Part shown: positions 11,528 to 19,908 of the stretch, piece by piece | Numbering within the stretch: the stretch's first letter is position 1 | How the letters are laid out: each line of letters opens with the position of its first letter | Source of the DNA: a virus | Strand: one strand, 5' to 3' | DNA length: 64,000 nucleotides | IMG/VR virus record: IMGVR_UViG_3300028610_001991 | Made by a program: the position numbers and the translations under genes | The notes under the pieces: generated by a model | Told to the model about the DNA's origin: nothing | What the model saw: only the letters and a program-made list of their open reading frames with translations | Databases searched by the model: none

Positions 11528-14208
11528 TGAGCGGTAAATTAATTCCTATATTAGATGATAGCGCTATAACACACGGTAATCTATGGAATAACTTTAAGTA
11601 TTTAGAGGAATATCTGAGAGCTATTGCTGTTAATGCTGAATTAATAACAGGCGTATCTTTGGATACTGATTTTCAACAAGCTGTAGCTGATATACTGGCT
11701 GCGGATCTCGACTCTTTTATTACTAATTTAGCTGATTCCATATATAATCAGGATGATTTTCTATCTAGGATAGTTGAGGAAGATAGCAGCACAGGTGGAG
11801 AATTTGATGGATTAGAAAACAACCTAACTTTTTTAGGGAATCTTATCGATGAGTTATCTGATTCGACAACATTTATATCTGCATTTGTTGATTACTTACA
11901 GAATAATGCACCGGACTTTTTTGCATCTTTAGAGGGTGATGTGTTTAAGGCTTACTTCGGGCCTGCTCTAGATTTATTAATGTTTGCTACTACGTTACAA
12001 GAGACAGGGGTAGTGGGAGTATACTCGTTATGGGAGACAGGGGAGCCGGACATTATAGGGGATGATGCTACAAAATATGTAGGTGTAACTTTTGGGTTAG
12101 AAGATAATTTTCAATCAGATTTTAATTTGTTTGTGTCTCGTGATAGTAATTTTTCTAATATAGCAGTACATCCTGATGACGTAGGTGCTTATCCGCTAGA
12201 GGATCCCCCTACAGCTGTTTTAAGGTATACATATGATGCGTTTGATAATACAGGAGGTAATGCTGCCGGTGTTATAGCGGGTGCTTTTTTTAGTTCTATA
12301 GACGGAGCGCTACTATTAGATATATCTAAATTGGAATGGGACGGGCAGTCAGAGTTATATGTTAAACTAATGGGAACAAAAAGTAATTTAACGTATATAA
12401 GGGTTGGGTTCGATTATGCTACACATGCTTCTCAAGTTACAGAGGGTACTAGTGTAGGGGCTAGTACAGGGTTTGCAACAGTGGTTGTAAATACTCAGGA
12501 TGAGTGGGAAAAAATTGCAGGTAAAGCAGGGGAGCCTGAAAAAGCTGTCGGGTACTGGGACGGAACTAAGATAGTGTGGCCAGCTACAATGAAAGTTATT
12601 CTTGGAACAATAGACATACAGGACGCAGGTGCGTCAGGCGGTGATGTATTTGATGGCGGTTATGCTTATAAGATGCCTTATTCGATTTATTTTGATGGAG
12701 ATAATATACAGATATTAGGTCAAGGTAAGGTTACGCTTGTTAAGGGAAGTGATGATGCAGTATTTAAATCTTTGATACAACTAGAGGAGGCAAGTACAGG
12801 CCACCTAGAGACAGGAGATAAGAACATAATTTACATAGTTATTGATGAAGGTGATTTCAAGAAAGGTGATTTGATTCATTACGCATTAAATGATGGGTAC
12901 TATACTGTAGTAGACATTGATGTGATAGGAAATAGTATTACGGTGGACAGAGCTATTATAGAGGCAACAGCAGGAAGTACGATTACAGTACTTATAAATA
13001 ATCTTAAAATGGAAGGCTTCACTTTTGATGGTAGAGGAGGGGTACTTACAGGACATGGTTCTTTAAAGACCGGTGATAATGATGGTGGTAATGAGGGGGG
13101 TGGTTTTGCTCAGTTACAGGCAGTAGGTAATAGCGAGATATCCTGTAGGGTTGTTAATTGTAAAGCGAAAAACGGTGGGGCGTTTTGGTTAGACCGGTGT
13201 TATAATATACAGATATCTAATATTCAGTTTTGTGAAGCAGAGAAATTTGTTGGAGTAGGTGGTATGGGCGGAGGTGTTTATGGAGGTCAGTTAATTAGAG
13301 GGCATGTACATAGATGTCATGCAGATCAGGGCGGTGGTTTTGCTGCAGTTAAGAATGGTGAGTTATATGTATTCGATTGTACGTCTGGTGTTGTAGGTAA
13401 GGAAGCGTTTCATGTTTGTATTGATTCACTTATTGCTTTTAATAAGAAATTAATTATTGATGATCTTGACATATTGGGAGACTTTAATATTACAGGAGAT
13501 GCAGATATTCAGGGAAATTTAAATGTTAAAAATGATCTTGATACAGAAGGTTATTCCTCTCCTTCAGGAACCGGACGGTTATATGCTAAACTCGGTGAGA
13601 TTCGTGATCAAGGAAATGCAGTAGTAATTGAGGCTGATGGACATCTACATCCCAGTGGGGCATCTGGAATTAAGAGATGTGCAATTGATGTTAGCGGTAG
13701 TCCTTCTACTGTGGGTACGGCAGGAGATGATGTGGCAGTAACTGAGGGGTCTGGAACAGTAGTTAACAGAGAATTTATTGCTGAAAAAGTATGGAATGCA
13801 CAGTGGAATGATGTAGTTGATTTTATGGAGCTTGATGATAAACTGGTATCTGGTATGTGTTACTATATTACGGACAAGGGCGCAAAGCTATGTACTAAGC
13901 GGTGTCAGGCAGGCGTAATAGGTCTTGCGTCAGATACATTTGGTTTTGGTGTAGGTAGTTCTCCGGAACGAAAATTACCATTATCAATTGCTGGTCGTGT
14001 ATTAGCGTATGTAGATAAATGCTATAAAGCAGGAACAGTTTTAGTTAATAATAGCAAGGGTGGTTTAACTAAAGCCCGTTGGTATGAAGAGATATTATTT
14101 AGTAGTAGACTAGCGGCTATATACCAGAAAAAGGAATATGCAAAAAAATGGGGTACTAGTAAAAAGAAGATTAAAGTTAACGGAAGACATTGGGTAAAGG
14201 TATTATAA
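11527..14208 (+). CDS. Tailspike/tail fibre with beta-helix region and C-terminal intramolecular chaperone (Peptidase_G2-like)
   Basis: Gly-rich parallel beta-helix-like repeats (GGGFAQ…GGAFW…GGGVYG…GGGFAA). The C-terminus WNAQWND…GVIGLASDTFGF…PLSIAGRVLAYV matches the pattern of autocleaving chaperone domains. Confidence 0.65.
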   Translation: MSGKLIPILDDSAITHGNLWNNFKYLEEYLRAIAVNAELITGVSLDTDFQQAVADILAADLDSFITNLADSIYNQDDFLSRIVEEDSSTGGEFDGLENNLTFLGNLIDELSDSTTFISAFVDYLQNNAPDFFASLEGDVFKAYFGPALDLLMFATTLQETGVVGVYSLWETGEPDIIGDDATKYVGVTFGLEDNFQSDFNLFVSRDSNFSNIAVHPDDVGAYPLEDPPTAVLRYTYDAFDNTGGNAAGVIAGAFFSSIDGALLLDISKLEWDGQSELYVKLMGTKSNLTYIRVGFDYATHASQVTEGTSVGASTGFATVVVNTQDEWEKIAGKAGEPEKAVGYWDGTKIVWPATMKVILGTIDIQDAGASGGDVFDGGYAYKMPYSIYFDGDNIQILGQGKVTLVKGSDDAVFKSLIQLEEASTGHLETGDKNIIYIVIDEGDFKKGDLIHYALNDGYYTVVDIDVIGNSITVDRAIIEATAGSTITVLINNLKMEGFTFDGRGGVLTGHGSLKTGDNDGGNEGGGFAQLQAVGNSEISCRVVNCKAKNGGAFWLDRCYNIQISNIQFCEAEKFVGVGGMGGGVYGGQLIRGHVHRCHADQGGGFAAVKNGELYVFDCTSGVVGKEAFHVCIDSLIAFNKKLIIDDLDILGDFNITGDADIQGNLNVKNDLDTEGYSSPSGTGRLYAKLGEIRDQGNAVVIEADGHLHPSGASGIKRCAIDVSGSPSTVGTAGDDVAVTEGSGTVVNREFIAEKVWNAQWNDVVDFMELDDKLVSGMCYYITDKGAKLCTKRCQAGVIGLASDTFGFGVGSSPERKLPLSIAGRVLAYVDKCYKAGTVLVNNSKGGLTKARWYEEILFSSRLAAIYQKKEYAKKWGTSKKKIKVNGRHWVKVL

Positions 14209-14209
14209 A

Positions 14210-15592
14210 ATGGCCGGTAAAATAAGGTATATTAGAGATCGTGTTAACGGTAGTAATGCAAGTGGTGGTAATTATTGGGTGGAGATAGAAGTATATGACG
14301 AGGATGGAAACAATATTGCTCTGGGTACATCTGTTTCTGTTAGTCCTGCTTATGGTGGGAGTGGAACTAACCTAGCCAGACTTACAGATGGAAATTTAGA
14401 TACAGCGCAGTATGGCTCTATTAGTGGTGGATCAGGCGGGAACGGGGAGATACAGATTGATTTAGGAGGATTGTATCTTGTAGCTTATATAAAGGTATGG
14501 CATTATTACGGGGATAAACGAAATTTTAATAGTAAACGAACACAGGTATCTGATAACGGATCTACCTGGATAGATATGGCATTACCTGGAACAGGTAGTT
14601 ACCAGGAGCATAGTGGTGGAACAGTAATTAGAATACCATCTGTTTATTTTGATTTAATTCCTGTACATAGTCATAAAGATGCTGAATCTTCTGATGTAAC
14701 AGATGCGATCAAAGCATTGCGTCAGTCTATGTCTCAGCGGTTTGGTAGTATACCTGATTTAGGGGCTCAGTATAATATAGGAAATGATATTAAGGAAGGA
14801 ACGACACTAGGTACTATAAATACAAAATTAAAGGCAGTGGATGCTTTATATGGGTGGGATGTAGATCCTCCTAATAAATTTGAATATGATGATATTCAAG
14901 GTATGCTTTCTGAGACGGATAGGATTTCTAGTTTAACAGAGTGTAGTTCAGACTGTTCTAGTTTATGTAAAAATAATTGTTCAAATAGTTGTTTTGGTAT
15001 ATGTAAGGATTTATGTATAGTTGGTTGTGGTGATGGGTGTGCTGCTGCCTGCAGTACACCCTGTACTACAAATTGTTCAACAGCATGTTCAGGTTGTGGT
15101 GTGTCTTGTGCGATAGGGTGTGGGGCTGCTTGTCAGAGTAGTTGTGGTGGTTCTTGTGAATGGGGGTGTGTTGGTAATTGTGATACTCAGTGTGGTGTCT
15201 GTGATGTTCATTGTACGGCTAATTGTTCGGAGGGATGTCGTAGTTTTTGTGATGCTGGTTGTGGGGTTGTTTGTGATGGTGGTTGTGGTAGTACTTGTGC
15301 CCATTCTTGCTATACTGGATGTAAGGACTATTGTGAACTTTCGTGTGGGGCACAGTGCTACGCTGCTTGTGCAAATGGTTGTGGGACTGCTTGTGCTTCA
15401 GGGTGTGGTGCTTGGTGTGACGGTGGTTGTTCTTCTTCATGTGCAGGTAATTGTTATGCTGCCTGTGTAGCTTATTGTGGTACAATATGTCAAACTAATT
15501 GTGGAGGTTTATGTTTTACATCGTGTTTAAATTGGTGTACAACAACTTGCGGAGATGAATGTTCAAATTACTGTTATGGATCGGCGGTATGA
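14210..15592 (+). CDS. Discoidin (F5/8 type C-like) domain fused to a 54-Cys CXXX-repeat tail; predicted radical-SAM substrate
   Basis: The N-terminal IRYIRD…WVEIEVY…TDGN…IQIDLG…YIKVWHYYGD…VSDNGSTW segment is a phage-tail discoidin-like domain. The last 216 aa contain a Cys every fourth residue (54 Cys counted). Confidence 0.85.
   Translation: MAGKIRYIRDRVNGSNASGGNYWVEIEVYDEDGNNIALGTSVSVSPAYGGSGTNLARLTDGNLDTAQYGSISGGSGGNGEIQIDLGGLYLVAYIKVWHYYGDKRNFNSKRTQVSDNGSTWIDMALPGTGSYQEHSGGTVIRIPSVYFDLIPVHSHKDAESSDVTDAIKALRQSMSQRFGSIPDLGAQYNIGNDIKEGTTLGTINTKLKAVDALYGWDVDPPNKFEYDDIQGMLSETDRISSLTECSSDCSSLCKNNCSNSCFGICKDLCIVGCGDGCAAACSTPCTTNCSTACSGCGVSCAIGCGAACQSSCGGSCEWGCVGNCDTQCGVCDVHCTANCSEGCRSFCDAGCGVVCDGGCGSTCAHSCYTGCKDYCELSCGAQCYAACANGCGTACASGCGAWCDGGCSSSCAGNCYAACVAYCGTICQTNCGGLCFTSCLNWCTTTCGDECSNYCYGSAV
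14942..15589 (+). repeat. Cys-Xaa-Xaa-Xaa protein repeat (54 units, 12-nt period)
   Basis: Runs CSSD CSSL CKNN … CGDE CSNY CYGSAV. Only two units are CXX (CSG, CGV). Confidence 0.97.
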
Positions 15593-16854
15593 CGGAAACA
15601 CATAAAGATTTTATGGTTATTTCTAAAGGTAACTGGTCTAACGACTATGCATCTATGTTTGGTGGAATAAGTATGCCTAAGTCTATATCTATTCAAGTTA
15701 CTGAAAGATGTAATTTAAGATGTACCTACTGCTATTTTTATAAGAGGCGCGGTAAAGATATAACATATGCTATTTTAGACAAAATAATTAGTATGGTGTA
15801 TACAAACCCTTTTTTTAGTGACACGCCTTCCTTTATATTTGATTTTATAGGAGGGGAGCCTTTACTGGTGAGCGATAAGTTACAGTACTTTATAGAAAAT
15901 TACTATAAAGAAGGCTTAAAGAGAAACGTTAAGAATATACAAAAATTGTATAGTACTCGATTCTCCATGTCTTCTAATGGGGTGTTATATTTTTCAGATA
16001 AAACTAGAAGTTTATTAAAAAGGTATGCACATATAATTAGTTTTGGCATTACTCTTGATGGTTCTCCCGAGATGCATAATAAATGTAGAATTTATCCAAA
16101 TGGTGATGGTTCTTATGCCGATGTAAGAAAAGCTGTAGATGAACAATTAAAATATAATAAAGGTTTATCCAGTAAGGTTACTTTTTCGGTGGACAATATA
16201 CATATGCTATACGATGCTATAAAACATCTAATAAGTATAGGCATTAAAACAATACACGCTAATCCTGTTTTTGAAAAAGGATGGAAAATAAAACATGCAG
16301 AAATATATTATGATGAATTAATAAAATTAGCTAATTATATACTAAATAATGATTTGGAAAATAAAGTGGATGTTAATTTATTTACACAAAATATCGGAAA
16401 ACCAATGGATGAACGTGAGAATAGTAATTGGTGCGGAGGTACAGGTGCGATGTTAGGCATAGGTTTTGATGGTAGTATCTACCCATGTGCTAGATATTTT
16501 CCAACAGCTCTAAGTAAATATAAGCCACCTGTAATAGGAAATGTTTTTGATAATAAAATTGATTGGGCATGTAATAAGGTAACAAAAGGTATTGATAAAA
16601 TAACTCGTAAAAGTCAGTCATCAAAAAGATGTTGGGAATGTTTAGTTGTACAGGGATGTGCTTGGTGCTCCGCTTATAATTATGATTATTATGGTATAAT
16701 TAATAAACGGACAACTCATATTTGTAACATGCACAGAGCTAGGGTAAGGGCTAACTATTATTATTGGAATTCAGTTTATCAAAAATATAATATGGATACT
16801 GAGTTTATTCTTTATCCGTGTGAATGGGTTGAAGATCCTGAATACGGATACTAA
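15589..16854 (+). CDS. Radical SAM/SPASM peptide maturase, CXXX-repeat target family (TIGR04115-like)
   Basis: CNLRCTYC SAM-cluster motif, GGEPLL and SLDG-like TLDG motifs, and SPASM cysteines NWCGGTGAM…IYPCARY…CWECLVVQGCAWCSAYNY…ICNMHRAR. The likely start is the ATG at 15589, overlapping the substrate stop (ATGA). Confidence 0.9.
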   Translation: MTETHKDFMVISKGNWSNDYASMFGGISMPKSISIQVTERCNLRCTYCYFYKRRGKDITYAILDKIISMVYTNPFFSDTPSFIFDFIGGEPLLVSDKLQYFIENYYKEGLKRNVKNIQKLYSTRFSMSSNGVLYFSDKTRSLLKRYAHIISFGITLDGSPEMHNKCRIYPNGDGSYADVRKAVDEQLKYNKGLSSKVTFSVDNIHMLYDAIKHLISIGIKTIHANPVFEKGWKIKHAEIYYDELIKLANYILNNDLENKVDVNLFTQNIGKPMDERENSNWCGGTGAMLGIGFDGSIYPCARYFPTALSKYKPPVIGNVFDNKIDWACNKVTKGIDKITRKSQSSKRCWECLVVQGCAWCSAYNYDYYGIINKRTTHICNMHRARVRANYYYWNSVYQKYNMDTEFILYPCEWVEDPEYGY

Positions 16855-16867
16855 AAAGGAGAGTTTT

Positions 16868-17176
16868 ATGGATACAGTAAGTAGTAATGTAAAAGTTAAA
16901 GTAGACAAGAAATTTGTTGACAGATTAAAGGGACTTAACTACGAGTTGGAAACAATTAAGATGTTATTTCAGATGGATGATGTTTCTGATAATGTATACC
17001 AGCGTATTAAAAAAGACCTTATTGCTGTTAAGAAACAGTATGACGAAGTTTGGTATGAGATGAAAAAGAAGTATGATTTATTTAAGTATGAAAAACCACA
17101 TTTTAGGTGGAATCTTGATTTTGAGCTTGCTGAGGTTATTTTAATTACACAGGGAGAGTATACGGGTAGGAGGTAA
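16868..17176 (+). CDS. CXXX-repeat modification system accessory protein (TIGR04116-like)
   Basis: About 102 aa after an AAGGAG RBS. The pattern VYQRIKKDL…YDEVWYEMKKKY…WNLDFELAEV matches, from memory, the small partner protein of CXXX-repeat maturases, and the gene directly follows the radical SAM gene. Confidence 0.7.
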   Translation: MDTVSSNVKVKVDKKFVDRLKGLNYELETIKMLFQMDDVSDNVYQRIKKDLIAVKKQYDEVWYEMKKKYDLFKYEKPHFRWNLDFELAEVILITQGEYTGRR

Positions 17177-17179
17177 TCA

Positions 17180-17902
17180 ATGAGACGTAAAGAGTATAGA
17201 AGCGGTTTTATAGTACGTACTGCATTAGACAAGTTTGATCTTGTACCACGTACACTAAGAGATATCGATGGCTTTAGTGTAGTGGATGCTAATGATACAG
17301 ATTTTACTGGACTGGGGGATAACAGGGTTGTAAAGTGGCAGGGTGATCTAGCTACAGGGAAAATGATTAAGGGCCCCTTACTCGTATCAGATATAGGCGA
17401 CGATACTACACCTGGGAGTACTGATAAAGTACCGGATGAATTTGCTGTAAAGCAGTTCCTTAAACTATACATGTCAGGTTTTGATTTACAGGAGAGTGTT
17501 CTCCATAAAGGATTTAATAGCCCTTATGAAGCAGGAGGTGGACCTTTTACACATAATGAGGGTTATATGATTGGTGGGTCTCCGGTAGATGAATGGGCAG
17601 GACACCCTTATGCTTTAGCTTATTGGGATGAGGGGTTATATCCTGCAGAAGGTTGGCGTTTTGTTGATATAGATACCGGCTTGATAGTAGAAGTTGAAGA
17701 TGAAAATGCAGGGTTAGGGATATTTTATTATTGGACAGGAGGAGATACTTCTCAGGATCGGTGGAAGGCTATACCGTATTTACAAGATATAATAAAACTA
17801 GGTGCTATTGATCCTACAGAAACAATAAAAGGTGCAACTCATGAAGCAATATACAATTTTACTAAAGAGGAAGCAGTAAAGGCTGCTATAATTTTTGGCT
17901 AA
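17180..17902 (+). CDS. Virion structural/fibre protein
   Basis: Contains a GFDLQESV motif of the kind seen in phage fibre proteins; lies within the tail operon. Confidence 0.45.
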   Translation: MRRKEYRSGFIVRTALDKFDLVPRTLRDIDGFSVVDANDTDFTGLGDNRVVKWQGDLATGKMIKGPLLVSDIGDDTTPGSTDKVPDEFAVKQFLKLYMSGFDLQESVLHKGFNSPYEAGGGPFTHNEGYMIGGSPVDEWAGHPYALAYWDEGLYPAEGWRFVDIDTGLIVEVEDENAGLGIFYYWTGGDTSQDRWKAIPYLQDIIKLGAIDPTETIKGATHEAIYNFTKEEAVKAAIIFG

Positions 17903-17913
17903 GGAGTAGATAA

Positions 17914-18258
17914 ATGATTAAAAATATTGATTTTGTAAGTACAAGCGAGATTACTCTATACGAACGAATTGATACTGATGATTCAGAAGCTATGATACTG
18001 ACTGTGTATTTTCTTAACTATAGTGGTAGTTCAGTGAATCTTACTATATACCTAAAAGAGGTTGGGAATGCTACAGCAGATGATGATAATGCAATACTTA
18101 AGGATGAACCTATTGCAGCTGGTAAGACATATGAGCTTAATGCTTCCGAAAAGATTATGTTAAAAGGACATACGGCTGCAGCAAGTAGAAATAAACTATC
18201 AGCTAAAGTAGATACTGCGGATGCTATGACAGCTACTGTTTCTTACACTGATTTATAA
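17914..18258 (+). CDS. Small beta-sandwich virion protein
   Basis: 114 aa with the pattern TLY…ILTVYFLNYS…VNLTIYL…IAAGKTYEL…IML…LSAK…ATVSY, common to small tail-associated proteins. Confidence 0.5.
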   Translation: MIKNIDFVSTSEITLYERIDTDDSEAMILTVYFLNYSGSSVNLTIYLKEVGNATADDDNAILKDEPIAAGKTYELNASEKIMLKGHTAAASRNKLSAKVDTADAMTATVSYTDL

Positions 18259-18271
18259 AGGGAGGCCTTAA

Positions 18272-19900
18272 ATGCCTGGTAGAAATAGATTAAAAAATTG
18301 GCTTAATCAGTCTTTCGAGATACCTGTATACTTTAGGGAGCTTTTTGATGTTCTTTTGAGTTATACTGGTTTAAAAGGAAGCCCTTTAGTTATAAACGAT
18401 ACAGAAGATGGTGTTAACACAAGCGAATTTTCTGCGGAGATATTTAACGTCGCTAAGCTTGCAGGGTTTGGAACTTCAGCCCTTGCTAAAGGGGATGGTA
18501 CTTTATCAATAGCTCACGGCCTTGTTCCTTTTTTAGATACCGTAGGGGATTGCTACTTTATTATTTATAATAGTGGTTTTCAGGGTAGATGGAGATGGAC
18601 TGCAGGAGGAGGGGCCGGTTTAAAATCGACTATTCCAGCACTTTCTGCAGACGGAGGAGGAGAAGGAGATTTTTGGTTAGGTACATCTGGTACTAATTGG
18701 ACAAGTTTTGCGAATGTACCTACTGGCTATTATACGATTTGTTTACCCGGAACTACCGGTAGGCCTACTAGAATGTGGTACGATGAGACTAAGGTGACAG
18801 CTGCCTTGACCGGATCCAGTACTAAAGTATATGTAGATAAGGCCGGATGTATGTGGAAAGAAGGAGCAACATGGGCCAGAGGTGAGTTTATATGTGGTCC
18901 TACAGTGGTAGATGGGCACGGTAAGAACATGTTAAATTCTTATGCTGATGATACTAACCCTAGAGCAAATGTGATAGGCTTTGCGCCTATGAAGGGCTCA
19001 GGAAATGCAAGTATAGAGGTAATAGGTGCAGGTGAATATGGGTGGTATTATGCATCTGTAGGAGATGCTGTCGCTATAAACGGTATTGGTTGGGCTGGAG
19101 TATATACGAATGTTCCAGGGTTTTATCTTGTTACAGCAACTAATTGGGATACTTTCGCAGATGTTTCTCCAGGGCTTAAAGAAATTCAGCTTAAATATTA
19201 TGATGGTGCCAATGTTGTAGATGGCACAAAGATTTTGATGTATTATGATAGGACAAAATTAATTAAATATTTTTCTGGTAATCAGGCTAATGCTTATATT
19301 GATATGCTTGGAAATATATGGAAAGGAAATCCGGAGTCTGGTGGTGTATTTGTATGTGGTCCTTATGAGTCTTCGGGTATTTTTGATGAAAGACATACTA
19401 AGTTGAAAATTTCTTCTAACGATACTACAGAAGATTACCTTATTAATAAATTGACTGAGACAGCTAACATAAAGTTGATTGAAATAAATGATGGCGGTGA
19501 TGAAGGACTTGAGGTTAAGGCTACACGTCTCCCAGTATGGGATTCTACATATGAGTATGCAGAAAACGACCATGTTGTATATAGCGATAAGATTTATAAA
19601 GCGATACACAGCGGGGCAGGGAATACTAATAAAACGCCTTCCTCTGAAACTGCTTATTGGGAATTAGCTACGGGAAAGGCTGGTAATGGAACAATAAGTA
19701 CGGGAAATACAGAAGTGGCTGTAGTCATTGTTGGTGAGTATAATAGGGCAGCAGTATCTGCTGTAGGGTTAAACGCTACGCAGCGTACACCTCAGGTTAA
19801 ATCAATAGCTTATTCTGTCCCGAATACAACAGTGACGGTTATGATAGGTTCGTCTTATGTAGAAGATATAGTTGTACATGTAATTGTTTCTAGGGAGTAA
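18272..19900 (+). CDS. Tail fibre-like protein with internal duplication and CBM5/12-like module
   Basis: Two ~70-aa repeats (WTSFANV…YVDKAGCMWK…FICGP and WDTFADV…YIDMLGNIWK…FVCGP), plus WDSTYEYAENDHVVYSDKIYKA…PSSETAYW, a carbohydrate-binding module pattern. Confidence 0.6.
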   Translation: MPGRNRLKNWLNQSFEIPVYFRELFDVLLSYTGLKGSPLVINDTEDGVNTSEFSAEIFNVAKLAGFGTSALAKGDGTLSIAHGLVPFLDTVGDCYFIIYNSGFQGRWRWTAGGGAGLKSTIPALSADGGGEGDFWLGTSGTNWTSFANVPTGYYTICLPGTTGRPTRMWYDETKVTAALTGSSTKVYVDKAGCMWKEGATWARGEFICGPTVVDGHGKNMLNSYADDTNPRANVIGFAPMKGSGNASIEVIGAGEYGWYYASVGDAVAINGIGWAGVYTNVPGFYLVTATNWDTFADVSPGLKEIQLKYYDGANVVDGTKILMYYDRTKLIKYFSGNQANAYIDMLGNIWKGNPESGGVFVCGPYESSGIFDERHTKLKISSNDTTEDYLINKLTETANIKLIEINDGGDEGLEVKATRLPVWDSTYEYAENDHVVYSDKIYKAIHSGAGNTNKTPSSETAYWELATGKAGNGTISTGNTEVAVVIVGEYNRAAVSAVGLNATQRTPQVKSIAYSVPNTTVTVMIGSSYVEDIVVHVIVSRE

Positions 19901-19908
19901 ATAGCATA

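Noticed and set aside
15089-15485. Thr-rich and His/Asn-rich minus-strand ORFs and a Val-rich +strand ORF (15120-15470)
   Set aside because: These are shadow frames of the TGT-periodic Cys repeat, with no RBS context and composition fully explained by the real gene.
15559-15588. ORF-track start of the radical SAM gene at 15559 (likewise 16820, 34624, 39072 and 57529 for other genes)
   Set aside because: Downstream starts with ATGA coupling or a clear RBS (15589, 16868, 34639, 39078, 57538) are more plausible.
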